Shown here piece by piece: positions 36,766-51,200 of a stretch of 64,000 bases of DNA; position 1 is the stretch's first letter; each line of letters opens with the position of its first letter. The stretch lies in contig JBPGPT010000045.1 in assembly GCA_051047955.1 (NCBI GenBank), positions 1 through 64,000 on the forward strand, given 5' to 3'. The notes below the pieces were generated by a model. It saw only the letters and a program-made list of their open reading frames with translations, searched no databases and was not told where the DNA came from. This DNA is from Cystobasidiomycetes sp. EMM_F5. Its lineage: Eukaryota. Position numbers and translations under genes: made by a program.

Positions 36766-39700
36766 ATGTCTGGACAAGGGTACCATGGCCATCCGCAGGG
36801 TCCAGGGTACGCTGACGAGGGAGGGTACAGCCAGGCCAACCCGGTGTATGGGGGACACCAGCAGCAGCAGCCGTACGATTATCCGCAGCAACAGCAGCAG
36901 CCCTACGCCCAGCAGCCATACTACGAGGAAGGGTATGACCTGGGAAACTACTACGGCGGAGGAGGATTCCACGCTCCGACGCCGGGTCCGGGTGATGAGA
37001 GTAATGGTAACAATAATGGATACGGCCAGAGTGGGTCGCAGTATGGCTACGGACACGGCCAGGATGTGGGAGCAGCTGGAGTCCCAGTAGGCCCCAGCCA
37101 GTACGAGGGCGACAATGGCCAACCTCCGCATCACAATATCCACTGGCAACAATCAGCACAGCCGCAGGATTATGCTCAGCAGCCGCAGCATCACCAGTAT
37201 GGTAGTGGAAACACTCCCCCAAACGACTATCTCGGCGTACCGCACAATACAGGCGCACCATTGCAACCCGTCTACACGAATGACACCTTTGCCACATCAA
37301 ATAACCCATTCGACACACCGGGCTTGAACCAGTCTGTGGGACCCGGTGGGGCTGCCAGTCGACATGATCTGCCCCCAGGCGCGTCATTTGGGCCGGGAGG
37401 AGGGTTCCAACGCGATCCGTCGACTGAGCACATACCCCTGCTCGACCAAGGGGGTGGTCACCATGCTCCGTCTGGACCACTACCAGCTGGACCGGGCGGA
37501 TTCACAGATCCGAATGGCGCAGGTGCCTACAATGATTGGGATGAGGAGCGGCACGTAAGATACGGGCGAATCCCCCAGCGGATACCACGCCGTCTCAAGA
37601 CGGTCAAGCAGGGTAATTATTTTGAAACGCATACTCAGACTGGCATTCGTATCTGACTGTCCTTATACATCCAGTCAATCTGTTTCGAGGGAATCTATGT
37701 CTGGACGTACCAGTTCCGCCAAAGCTTCTCGATTCCTGCAAGTTTAAAGAAGACCGAGAGTTTACTCGTATGCGATACACTGCAGCGACGTGCGATCCAG
37801 ACGATTTCCTCAGCGAAAAGTATGCGCTGCGTCAAGTCATCATGCGACCTCCAAGGCAGACGGAGCTCATGATTGTTATGAGTGGGTATCTTTCAACACG
37901 CCCGCACGGCCAAGTCTAATTCCACGATGGTATAAACACAGCAATGTACAATGAAGGCGAAGACCTCTACGCAAGGACAATGTATGGCGTGCAAAAGAAC
38001 ATACAGCATCTGTGCACTCGCACGCGTTCAAAGATGTGGGGCAAGGACGCGTGGAAGAAGGTAGTCGTCGTGATTGTGTCAGACGGTCGAAAGAAGGTCA
38101 ATGCTCGTACACTGTCGGTGCTCGCGACACAGGGTATATACCAAGAAGGAGTAGCAACCAACATTGTTAAAGAGAAGCCCGTCACCTGTCATGTGAGCAT
38201 TGTTTTCTCTCAAATGACACTGGCTGACCTCTTTTCGGGCAGATTTACGAGTATACAACACAAGTCGCAGTCACTCCTGACCTCAAGTTTAAAGGCGCAA
38301 GCGATGACATTGTACCGGTACAAGTCATCTTTGCCCTCAAAGAACAAAATCAGAAAAAGATCAACTCGCACAGATGGTTCTTCAATGCCTTTGCCAACTG
38401 CCTGCAGCCCAATGTGGTAGTGCTACTCGATGTCGGAACCCGGCCAGGCCCTACTTCCATCTATCATTTGTGGAAGGCTTTCGATACAAATAGTAATGTC
38501 GGAGGAGCTGCAAGTCATTGGCACCACTGTGTCGTTTGTGGACATTGCTGATTTGTTTTGGTATATAAAGTGCGGTGAGATCGTCACTTTGAAAGGCACA
38601 TACGGCCAGCAGCTCCTCAATCCGCTTGTCGCTGCGCAAAACTTTGAATATAGTATGTAGAGCCGACCGTCACTATAATTGATAGAAAAACAGGCTGACG
38701 TTCAAATCTCAGAAATGTCCAATATCCTCGACAAGCCACTCGAATCAGTCTTCGGATACATTACTGTACTACCCGGTGCTTTCTCTGCTTATCGATGGCA
38801 CGCGCTCAAGAATGATAGTTTGGGCAATGGACCACTCAAGCAGTACTTTATGGGAGAGAAGTTGGAGTCGACGGTCGGTGCTGGCCTCCTCGCAAAGAAT
38901 ATGTACTTGGCCGAAGACAGAGTCTTGTGCTGGGAGCTCGTGTCGAAACGCCAGTCGGCCTGGACACTGCAGTACGTAATACGTTATGACAATCCATTAT
39001 GCATGAGCTGATCCATTCTTCTAGCTACGTAAAGTCTGCTTATGGAGTCACCGATACCCCCGACAGCGTGCCGGAACTCATTTCGCAGAGACGAAGATGG
39101 CTAAACGGATCCTTCTTTGCCGCCATTCACGCCACTGTGAAGTTTGGCTATTTGTACCGCTCACACCACTCCTTCTTGCGAAAAGCCTGGTTGCACGTTG
39201 AGCTCGTCTACCAGCTCTTCCAGCAGCTGTTTGCATGGGTGTCACTGGGTAATTACTATATCGCCTTTTCCATTCTACTGTCGTCCATCCAGGATCCGTC
39301 ATTCGGGTTGACATGGACAAAGTACGTCAACATCGTCTTGCATTATCTTTACCTCGGCCTCCTTGTCATGTGCTTCCTGCTAGCCATGGGTAATCGTCCT
39401 CAAGGGTCAAAGAAGATGTTTACATTTGCGATGGTCTGCTTTGCGATCATCACTGCGTGGATGACGGTAAGACTCGTTTGGTCGAGATTCTACGCCTTGC
39501 AAGCTGACGTGTATTGCCGACTGAAGTTTGCTGCCTTCTTCATCGCCGTCAAAGGCATCATCAACGAGAAGAATGCCATCGAGAACGAGGGCAAAAAGTT
39601 TAGCATTTCTACCATCTTTACCAATGCCATCTTTCGCAGCGTGGTCCTTTCGCTCGTCGCAACGTATGGGCTGTGGCTCTATGCAAGCATACTCATGTTT

Positions 39701-40467
39701 GATCCCCTCCATATGCTCACCTCGTTCATTCAATATATCCTACTAGCGCCAAGCTACATCAACGTCATCAATGTCTACGCCTTTGTGAGTCGGCATCAAC
39801 GCTACTTGAATATAGCCAAGAGACTGACCTACGTTCGCAGTGTAACGTGCACGACGTGTCGTGGGGCACAAAAGGCTCAACAACTGTCGTAAGTCATTAT
39901 ATGGCTCATGAGAACTCGACACCAAATACTCATTTCTTGTGACATGAATACAGCATACGGATCTCGGTACAGCCAAGCCCTCTGGCGCAGACAAGGACAA
40001 GGTCGATGTGGACGTGCCGCAAAACAAGGACGACCTCAACGCCGCGTACGATGATGCCAAGCATGTGCTAGCCCAGAAGCCGCCAAAGGAAGTCAAGACT
40101 CCCGATCCGGTGCAGGAAATGGAGGACAGCTACAAGAATATACGAACAAACGTAGTCCTCTTTTGGGCGCTAACGAATGGCGCTCTAGTAGCTGGTATCA
40201 TCGGATCGGGCGCATCTGGCTCGTTCTCTGCTGACGGCGCAAGCAATAAAGTCAATGTGAGCTTCTCGCGTCATGGAAGAATGGGTGTCGTGCTGATCTC
40301 ATACATCTAAAGATCTATATGACCTTCCTGCTCTATTCGGTTGCCGGACTAGCCTTTGTCAAGGCCGTTGGCGCCACTATTTATATGGTATGGAGAAGTA
40401 TTGCCTGACTGACGCATACGTGTACTCACCTGGTGTAACGCAGATTTTCTGGATGTTCCAAGGTTGA
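36766..40467 (+). CDS. Chitin synthase, division 1 (class I/II-like), multi-exon
   Basis: [93 protein letters not shown]. Gln/Gly/Tyr/Pro-rich N-terminus. Confidence 0.97.
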
Positions 40468-40696
40468 TACCAATGCCTGGTGCACGCATACAATCCAGCC
40501 ATTTTGAATCAGTAGTGCTTTCTGCGGACGACCTTTACGATACATTTATGCTCGGGGAGTTTGTGTTTTGCTTTGTATGTACACAACATGTTGTGAAACT
40601 AAAGTGGGGGAAATTGAAGATGCTTTCTAGAGTACAGCGATTCTATCTCTGTCTGGTTGTGGCTACAAGAGTACAGATGCAAGACATTGTCATCCT

Positions 40697-41958
40697 TCAA
40701 GGAGAGAATTGTACAATGGTCTCTCCGCGCGCTCTACGCGGTCTGTATTTCGGTACATAGTCTTCTTGCGGACCTTCTGTACTGGCAGGTATCGGAGCTG
40801 GTGCCAGCATTGCCGGAACAATCATTTCGACGTGAATGACTGCATGTTTTACGTGAGCGACTTGCAAAATGTGGAAAGCGTGGAATTACTTACTCGGCCT
40901 CCAACTTGGGCCGATACTGCCCTCGTGCTGTACCATGGTCCATCGCATATTGACCTTTGACATGTCATCCTGGGCAGGGGTAGACAAGTTTGATTCGACA
41001 TTTGCCCAGTTTCCGTTTGCAGCAATGTAGGCTCTGAGTAGAGCTCCGCCTCCCGCTTGTTGCAATATCGGAGCTCGACTTGATAATGCCGATGTTGGTG
41101 ACCACTGTTGCGACAGGCCGCGGAGCATGGCGTGTAATTGCCATCTCCTGATCTGTGTCGGATATGCCATCAGATTTCTTGCTTGCTGGACGAGTATGCC
41201 TTTCTTACCCTAATATGATTGATAAGTCCGCCCGTGAGTAGGATCATTACGATGAGCGTTACTTCGCTCGCTTGCAACATTGCCTGTCGTGTGTAGTCAG
41301 TGGGAAGCAATTGGACATTAGGTTGTATGAAGCTACCGTCTGCTGAGCGTGTGTAACGACGAGTGAAGCGATAAAGAAGGCAATGATTCCGGCGTCGACA
41401 ACCTGTCGTACAGATGGCTTACGATTAGTCGTGTACAGATAAGGGTCCGGCATTGGGGTAAAATACCAAAAGAAACGCCATCCAGAATCGGGTGAGCGCC
41501 AGAGCATCTGCGATGATCCACTTGTTTAGGTGGTTGACCCTCGCCTCAAAGAGCTGCTCGGCCTTTCGGATATCGTCTTCGGTTACCCCGGCCGATGCAT
41601 CGAGGACTTCTGTAAACTCGTCTGGAAACTGGCTCGACACTACTTCTCCCTCCATTCGCAGGTATCTTATGAGCCGGACGGGCGCAGCCAACCAACTCCC
41701 GCCCAGCGCTGGATGGCTAGCCCATGCCAATTTGACGATAGCAGACCTTCTCGGGTTTGTCAGAGTCCGCCCGCTCGAGACGGTGCGCGATAGCGGTAGT
41801 CCTGGACCGCCGTACGCTGGCGGTGGTGCAGCGGGAGCCGCAGTGGATATCGTCGTCGTTGTTGGATGTCGAGGCAGTGCGAGGTCGCCGATGGCTGTAT
41901 CGAATGCTGGCTCTGCACTGCGAGTTCTTGCGCCAGTCCTGCCAGGCTGCGTCGACAT
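40697..41958 (-). CDS. Hypothetical membrane protein, multi-exon
   Basis: ORF from MSTQPGRTG through hydrophobic segments (RFWMAFLLVFY; AGIIAFFIASLVV). Later exons IRRWQLHAMLRGLSQQW...RP-IIHVEMIVP...FSP* have canonical splice sites; middle boundaries are uncertain. Confidence 0.6.
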
Positions 41959-42200
41959 TTCCACAGCTCCAGCAGCTGGCTCATCGTTTATAACCATCAA
42001 GGTCGTTTTATTTATCGAGTAGTTTGTAAATGTAAGCTGCCCTTCAAGGCGGCAATCAGGTTTCAAGTCCGATATAAATGTCATTGTACTTTATATGCCC
42101 AGCCATGCCATGAAGCTCTGTATTCACGGCCATATGGACCACTGGACATGCTCCCTCACCGCCAGCCTGTAGTTGTACTCGTTTACGCGGTCCGGCCAAG

Positions 42201-45200
42201 ATGGCGCTGGCATTCAGCACCCGGATTGGCGACCTCAACTGGTGGGAATGGGTGTATTTCAACCTGCTGAGCGTATGGCTGACCGTGTCAATTCCCAGGC
42301 TGTTCCTCGTCGAAGTCATCATCATCGTCATTGTCGTTATATTCTATCTATTCTACTTTGGGCGTGTCATAGCATCCATCGTATCGCTCGGGCTTCGAGC
42401 ACTCATATGGCGCAAGACGAGGACGTGGGTCGAGATTGGGAGCATTCAACTGTCCCCGCTCGGTGGCCGCCTTCTCGTAAGAGACGTACGCTATGTCGGG
42501 CACAATCAGACGGTACGAGTCGCAATGGGTCACATTACATGGCGCTACTGGCTGTGGAGGGTGAGGCAGGATGACGATCTACGCAAGGAGGACGACCGTC
42601 TGCCGTGTCGCACGACCATCGTCCTCGAAGGCGTAGAGTGGTTTGTCTACAATCGCAGCCCCGCGTTTGACCTGATTCTCGAGAGGATGGGCCACAGAGA
42701 AGCAAAGAGCAACAACGGAAAACACGACAAGGGCTCAGACTCTGGCTCCGTCAGGATCCTCCCGCCAACAGGGGCTGATGCAGGCAGCGATTCAAGTCAG
42801 TTGACACACCGAGCAATAGCTCAACGCCAGCTAATGGTCATCTACAGAACGCACATGGTCGCTCGACTGGCTGCGAGAAGCACTGCCTATCGAAGTGCAC
42901 ATCGTCAAAGGCGCAGTCGTCTTTGGCAACAGAGCCACACCCTCTCTCATGGTCGCCGGCTTTCAGTCAGCCGCAGGGACATGCGGCCTAGTCGCTGCAA
43001 GGTCCAAGCTGGACGTCTACAAGCAAGTCTTTCAGTTCAAGTTTAAGCGACCAAAGATTGTCTTTCGGCAGAACCACGACTATGAGGGTCCCATGCTTGA
43101 GCACGGAAAACGGATGCAGCGCGAAAAGGACAGGGCATTCGGTATAGATGCAGTACCTCAATCCACAGCTCTGTCCTTCTTTCACTTTCAATCCGTCTTG
43201 GGACGAGCGAGAGCACTCGCTCAGGGAATATACGACATTCGACCAGCTGCACAGACCGACGCCGCTTCGGATTGGCGTGGTCTACCGCGGTACAGAGCTG
43301 CCATAGGTACTCTTTATGACGACAATACGCCTGAGACGGCCCAAGATCTACAGTATGGCAAAGTATCGACTCTGTATGACGGCGCCGAAAGCATAGATCT
43401 TACATACTATTCCGACATTCCCGGCATAGTCCCGCCGCTGGAAGAGCAGAATACCAAGGCGGCTGCGATGGAGAAGCCAGATATTGGAAACGGTGATTAT
43501 GCGCCGGAATGGGGTGTCGATCTCCGACTAAACGGCGGAGTCTTGACGTACGGACCGTGGTCTGATCGGCAGCGAGGTAGCCTACAGGAGACGCTGTTTC
43601 CGCCTACCTTCTTTGTCGTTGAACCCAAGCACAGACTGAAGCCAGGTCAGACGAGAGAGCATACCTTTCTAAAGATCTATGCCGAATTTGGTAAATCTGT
43701 TACCTTTCGTTTGCCTACGAGGGAGCCTTCGAAAGACTGGGCATTCGAGCACGAACCGAGGGTTTCTGCAGCGACAGCCGTGTCAAAGCGACCGTACGGA
43801 TGGCTGGATCTCACAATTGGGCAAAACTCTTCAGTCAGTTATGTTTCCCCAAACTTGGCGGGACCAGACGGTTACGAAGCAATGCTCGAAGTTCATCTCG
43901 ATGAAATAGCCATCGCTTCCAGTGTCACTTCGGAAGAATTCATGAAGGCCAAGCTTTGCAGAGTAAGCACGGCAGACGGGACGATTTAGCAGCACAACTG
44001 ACATAATCAACGATAATTCCAGATTTCTTGTCAACTACCGGCCCCTTTGGTATGGGATGATCCAAGGACATGGGTCATCAGTGTTCAGCTCGAGAAGCCG
44101 GTCTTGTCACTCCTTCGGGAGCATATGTTCCTCTTCACCGACATTGTTCGAGACTGGACCTCAGGCCCGCCAGCAGATTACGACCATTTCGTTCCGTATT
44201 TGTATCGCATCAAGCTTAAGATGATTGACGTTACTCTCAACTTGTATCTCAATGAGTACGGAGTCATTGCGTACGGCCTGTCAATTTTTCTGATTGTCGC
44301 GCTGCATCCATTTGAGATAGACAAAATATCGTCTCAAATGCCAAAGATCTTTCAGAGAATAGTAAGTATCAGGTAGTCATCTACTGAACACAAGAATTAA
44401 TCATTGTGTTACGACAGCTATCCTGACGACAATCACGCCGAGACTTCAAATCAACGTAGACGTACCTTCGTACACGTATCGACCCTCATTCAGCACCGTC
44501 ACCTCGGATATCGAGGTGAAAAGCACATCTACCTCGTAATGAGGTCATTGCTGACGTCTCTGCTGCTAGGCTGAGCGCATTGTACTTGCAATGCACCCTG
44601 CATCGTGGAATACGCACAGCGCCTGGAAGACACAAAGTACTCAGGATTTTGCGAAAGCGGAAAAGGTGATGCTGCATGTTGCGCATACTGTCTATGCAAA
44701 ACCACAGCCAGACCAAATCGAAAGCGTAGCCATAGACTGCGACATCGAGGGGATCCTCTTTCAGCTGCATGGCTGGATTATAAAATACCTTATGAACCTG
44801 AAAGGTATGATTCTACTGCTTCATGTAAGTCAAGGCTGATCGATTGCTTCAGACAACTACTTCGGATCCTTCTCGCGTTACGTATCAGCCGAAGTACGTT
44901 GCTCTTGGGCCATTGTGGTCTGCTCTTGATGGATCCGATCTCATTGCGCTCCTAATCTACAGGAATTCAGGCGACCAGACCATGTCACCACGAATCCAAA
45001 CGCTGTTCTCGAGCAGAAATACAGACCAGGGAAGGTAGGGCAGCGGCTTCTCGTGATGGGATTCGACTGATCGCCATGCCGTTAGTCCGATGTATTCGAA
45101 GTGACGCTCAACTTGCGTGCGACTCGAGCGGTGGGTCTGGTTCCACAGGAGCTCCATGATTGTCAATCAGCCTTGGCTTTGGATATTCCTGCATTTGGCG

Positions 45201-48200
45201 TCTTCTTGCGCAACCATGATTTCGCTATGGGTTCGTACCTTTCGCAAGGGTTTATTGTTGCGATGCTTATAAAAATGCCTTCTCCCTCCCCACCAGAAAT
45301 GAATCTTAGTACAGACCCGATTGTCGTTACCGTAGTGGATGAAGCCATTGAAGTATTGGTCAGGAAGACCCTGTTGCCGAACGCAGCTGCAACTCGCCAA
45401 CTTCGGATCGATGGCCTATCGATCAGCACACATAGGCTGTTTGGACCTGTAAGTGCCTTCTTGCCCTGGTGCCATCAGGCCCTTACTTGACGGCATGCTC
45501 CAATTGCGTGCAGCAACCCAAGACCTCCGTCTATGTGGCAGTGTGGGCATTTGAAGTTGGGGAAATCACAGGCGGCATCACCATACCCTACATTGGAGCT
45601 CTCCTGAGAGCTTTACAATACTTTGCCATCAATTTCGCTGACAAAGAGAATGCTCTTCCACCAGAGTATGGTGTTGCGGTCGATCCGGATGTTACCTTCT
45701 TATCCATGTCCTGCCCAAATGTGGATGTGACGGTATGGACAGGCGATACCTGCGTTAATTTCGTGCTGCCGCAAGGTATGTCAGTCAGGTTGGACGATAT
45801 TGCTACGTCCGATTGGTCTAGTCATCTCGATGTGCGGGTGCCGCACTTCGAATGTCGTGGTCTGATACCGGCTGCGACCGAGTCGATCTGGAACGAGAGC
45901 GTGGGCATCTCGGGTGGTGTCCACGTAGCTGTTGGGAACAAGACCGCATCCTGGGCAAGCAAATATGGCATTCAACAGGCCTTTCTGCGAGATCAGGATC
46001 GCACTACACATAGGGCAGCCTTTCTATATGGGCTTTCAACAGGTGTGTACTCAGCTTTTTCACAGTCTTACGATGTGGACGAACCCCTGCTTTATAGACA
46101 CCACAAGCCGCGCAGGGGGCTTAGCACTGGTGAACCTCGAGTACTTGCTCAAGAGATTGACTGCTTCAACGCCGAGTGCGAGAACGGCTTCGAACAAACG
46201 CCGACATGCTTCGCAGTCAGACGTGCCAAGTCAGTCATACTTACATCATCGCGAGCCGTATGCGGCCTGATCACTCTTTGCATCTGTATAGGATCGCCTG
46301 AGCCGGCTTCTCTTGCATACGAAGGCTTGCTGCGGCAGTTTGCGCAAGTGAACAATGGATCCAGCAAACATGAAGTCAGCGGAGTCAAATTTCTGACCAT
46401 TCAATCAGTAAGTCTGTCTGCAATTGGGCTGCATTCTGACTGGTCACTGACGTGCTCGCAGGGCATTCACCCGGACGATGGAGTCAGCCAAGCATCGAGC
46501 AATCTGAAGTCGCAAATGCGAGAACCTGACTCAACAAGTCAGCTTGTAGAGGATGGCAAGCCTCTAAGCCGAATTCACATCTTGGCGACTCGTCCGTTCT
46601 TTGCGATTGCTTCTCCCGCGGGTAAACGCATCGCAGACAATGTAGTCACGGCTTTAGAAAAGGTTTGAAGATAGAAATAGGCAATGAAAAGGCCAGTCAC
46701 TGATCACTTGATATCGATTGTAGCACGATCGTCCCCAACGCTGGCTGGATCGTCTGGAATCGTCGTATGTCTTGTCACAGATGAAGGCAACCCGCCTTGT
46801 GAAAGGAAAACCTGCGCTATATGCTACTGCGCATATATCGACAATGACTTTGGCTCTGGTACAGGACGTATTGCGTCCCGGCGACATCGATAATACACAG
46901 TCACTTTCCAGTGGCTCGGTGGCAGACGCGGCTATCGTGTCCAGCACAGACATCAATATAAGACAACTCAGCGCTGGCTTTCTATATCAGCAGACATTCC
47001 CCATTGCTACAGCTGACTATGTCATGCATGGCTCAGCCGCTCAACTCGGTATGCGCGTTAAGCATGTTGGGGATAAGACCAGCTATAACATGCAAAGACA
47101 CGTTGCGATCGGTCTGCCGGATAGCCCTCTTGGGACAGCTCTAGAAGCCGAAGTTAGGTCTCTGGCGGTATCCTTCCAGCAGAATCGGCTGGGATTTGAC
47201 GTTGATATCGGCGTGGCTGATGTATCGCTCAATTTCGTTGATACAGCCGCGGAGCTTGTCACTGGAACCATTCACTCGTGGTTTGTGGTCTCACGCGAAA
47301 TTGAATACGCTGTCGTCGAAGCAGAATACAGACCGCCTGGGCTGTACCGGCGGTTTCTGGTGGAAATCCTGCAGCTCGCTCAGAACGACAACATTCTCAC
47401 CGATCCGATGTTCCTCTTCCTGCCTACCGTAATGCCTATAGACATCCGTCGAGACTTTGGTTGGCGCCTACTCGGCCATATCCGAGGCTGTATGACGTTA
47501 TTGTCCCCTGCCTCGTCAGAACGACTCCGCAACATGATGCTGGATAAGCGTAGTCAGACATCAGAGCATCAAGACTTGGTTGATTTGCAAGCACAGCTGG
47601 AATCATGGAACGGAATGGACATGACTGCGGCCGCCGTGCCTGTACAACCTTTGTTTGCTGGCCTCTTCCCAAAGACTGCTCGCGAGTGCGCCTTACAGCA
47701 GAGCCGGCTGTCGATGGAAGTATCTTTTCCAAGTGCTGATACCAACGCTTTGAGCGTGAACGAGCTACCCGATACTCGTGAAGGGGAATCTACGAAACAG
47801 AGATCTGCAAACTTCCACATTGACATGCTTAGAGCGGGCTTCTTCGGAGACGACTCCGTGTGTCGAAACAAAGTGGAGTTGGACTCTCTGAAGGTCTACG
47901 CATTACTCAAGGGCCATGCCGTGAGCCCAAAGACCAGCAAAACTGCCCTTTTTGTGGCTGCGAACATCGGCAGACTCACCGTTCTGCTGGATCCAAGCTT
48001 CTTCACTTTGGTCGGACACGTTGGGCGAGTCCGTAGAGTCTTCGAGGTCAAGCTTGCGCCTTTCATTCCCAGACCACAGCCGCTCGAGCCTTCTGGTCCA
48101 TACAAGGAACCGCAAGCTGTCGGAATGATTAATCATAGTCGGCATACGTCTATTGCAAGCCGGCTAGATGTCCGTATCTTGGCGAACATGTCGCATCTAG

Positions 48201-51200
48201 ACTTCCGATCCGAGTATCGAGATATTGTGCTAGAGGCTGGCCTCCGTGGACTTCACTGTGCAATGAGCCGAAGTGCAGAGTACGATGAAGCATACTCCAA
48301 GCGCATCGATCCGGCATTCGACATATTCGTCGGTTTCGATCAATCAATCATCGAGTGTACCGCAACGGAGACCTCACATATCGTCGAGCAGGGTGACAGT
48401 CAGAAGCTCGCCTCCTTAACAGTCATGGGATTCCACGCAGCTTGCGTTGTCGTGAGCGGAACGGACGTTACCGGCCTTCGCCTGTCTTGCGCGCTGGAGT
48501 CGGGCACCCTCGAATTGCCGCGAAGTATCCTGCGGATGTCCCAATTGTAAGGCCTGAGCGCGCATCAACGATTTCAGCTGATGTCTGACACCCATTGAAT
48601 TAGTATCCGGTATTGGCAGGCCGAACTGCTGACACAGTCAAAAACGGAATTCGAAATATTGAAACGTGACTTAGAAGGCGTTCCAAGGCCTCTTTCGCAA
48701 CCACACAGCGACGTGCAGCCGAAGATCATCACGACATACGATATTTCTCTACTCGTTGTGCTCCCGTCACTATCTGCTCGCGTACGCGGTGGACCCAAAT
48801 TTTGGCTCAACTACGAACTACTCGGCAGTGTTTGCGACGGACGTATGTCCTGGCGCGACTCCGCTCCACGGAACAGTGACGGCAAAGCCAGACTCGGATC
48901 GATGTCTATCTGGATCGAGCCTGTCATTACTGAGGCTACTGAAGTAGAACAGCTCAACCCTTTTGCGCTCGAAAGGATTTCGCTACCTACCGTAATGGCT
49001 GTACTCAAGCAATCTGGCAAGTGCGTCGAAGTGACAGCGAGCCTCGACCGGATAAAAGTGACACTAGACGTCAACATATTGGACACCGTACTATACATTG
49101 CGAAGCGCCTTCAGTCTGATCTCGAAGATATCTTGAATGCCATTTCCGCTCGCAAGCAGCAGCCCAAGATATCTGCAAGTAGCGCACCATCGGCAATCAT
49201 CGGAAAAGGATGGGCATTTTCGGCTGCGGTGGCCTTACGCGGACTTCAACTCGGATTGAATAGCCCAGCAGCAACACAAATCATTGGGGCGGATCTAGTC
49301 GATGTCACTATCAAACGGAAGCCCGAGGACAATGCACTGGGCATCAAATGGGAAGTCTCGGCTGACAACTTGGCGCTGTCTTTAGAGGATGGTCAACCTG
49401 ACAACAGCAAACAAAATGCCGCATATCCACTACACACCTCCGACCAGCAACGTCGCTTGGCGAATTTTGTCCTTGATTTGAAGGCAAGTAACGTTGATAA
49501 AAGCAACATACTGGATAAGCACAAGCTACCCGTCCCTGCGGATACCGTCCATCTACATTTGCGCTTACCGAAAATACACGCGGTCATGTATGCTACTGCT
49601 GCAGAAGCATTGGATGGCGTCTTTGACCATTGTAAGATCATGCCACTATGTCGTATCTGTCTTTGTGATGATCTAATGCAAACGTTGCAGACCGCAAAGC
49701 GATCACCGCGCACAATGAAGCGCACGCCAAGGAGATCGCGCAACTTAAGGCTAAGCTGGTCGCTGCTCTGCCCCTGCCGGATAAGCCTGCGGTGCCGAAA
49801 CTTCTCCCGTTCGCCGAGCGATGCGTTTTTTCTCTGCACATAGATGAGATCGGCATTGCAGTGCCCCTGGCAAATGCTCGTAATGAAGTTGAGCGCTTTG
49901 GCGTCCCCTCACAAGCCGGGGCCGTCTTGCCAGCGGCCTTTCTGCTCTCGATTACCGATGTTTTCTTCATGCAAAGCAAAAAAGAATCAGGAAAGGCAAA
50001 AGTCGATGATTTAGACGCCAAATTTGTCCTATCATTCGATCAAACCTGCGAAAAACAATTCAAGGCTTCGGAGCATCCAGCACGTAACGGCTTGCGCTTC
50101 CGAAGCACGGAGATAGATGTCAAAAGCGACGAGGTTACCTCGCGTAGTACGAACTTTCTGTCTGTCCGAGCCAAGACCTCAGGAGCCGAGCTGAACATCG
50201 ATTCGTCAATCTTCGAGCATATTTATCAGCTCATAGAGTCGTACGAGGAAGGGTACCAGGTTTTATCGAGGCATACTGCAGGTCGCGAGGGTAGCGCTAA
50301 GCTTGCACTGGATCCAGAGGGCAACGATGCCGTTACTGCCTTTCTGGACACAACGAAACTGGACGCGTCACTTGTGGTGGATGCAGGCCGGATACGAGTT
50401 CATCCATCGATCCGTGTCAACCAATCTGATGAGCCGCCAGATGGTTCGCTACGACAAAGGTCGCGGCATCGGTCTTCTTCAGCCTCCCGCCCAGACACTT
50501 TCATCATACCGAAGTTCTCCATGACGGCCGTCAAGCGTGACGCATACGGCAACCGCCTCAATGATATTATACACCTCGACGCCAAGATTCACACAAGCAG
50601 GAATGTTCTGCAGCCTAGCCTAATACCATTCATTAGAGATGCAATACGTAGCGTAAACGAGAAACTTCTACAGAGCGCTCTACAGAGTGCGGAAGCTGTG
50701 CCTCCGTTGCCTCCGGCGACAGCTCTGGCAGAACTCAAGAGCTTGGACACAGAGGAGAAGACTGCAGCGCAGCCTCTCAGACAGGGTAGGAAGCCTAGTA
50801 ATTTATGCTGGTCTTTCCAACTGGCTATTGAACAGTCCGAGCTGGTATTCGAGTGCGAACCGGCTGCTCAAGTTGATGGACTTCTCAATTGGCAGGGCGG
50901 TAGTCTCTTGGCCACCTGGACTCGGGCGAGTGGCAGACTTGAGCTTCTCGCGCGCATTGAGGAAGTCGCATTTATTGTACGCCATAAATTGTACGTCTCG
51001 ACGCTCTGCAATATGCGTCCGGCGATAGGCTAATGACGACTTGGGCTAGTGAGCGTTCTACAACGGACGTGGCGCTGTCAGGAAGGGCCTACAACCTAAT
51101 CTGTTCCGCCTCCCTGAATGACAAGCCGTCCAACAAGTTGGGTGTTGTCAACATCGGCAGCATCAACGGCACATTGGATATCAGCCGCTATAATGAATTG

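Noticed and set aside
36641..37480. 279-aa antisense ORF, and similar shadow ORFs across the window
   Set aside because: They lie opposite well-supported CDSs and have no motifs; explained by codon bias.
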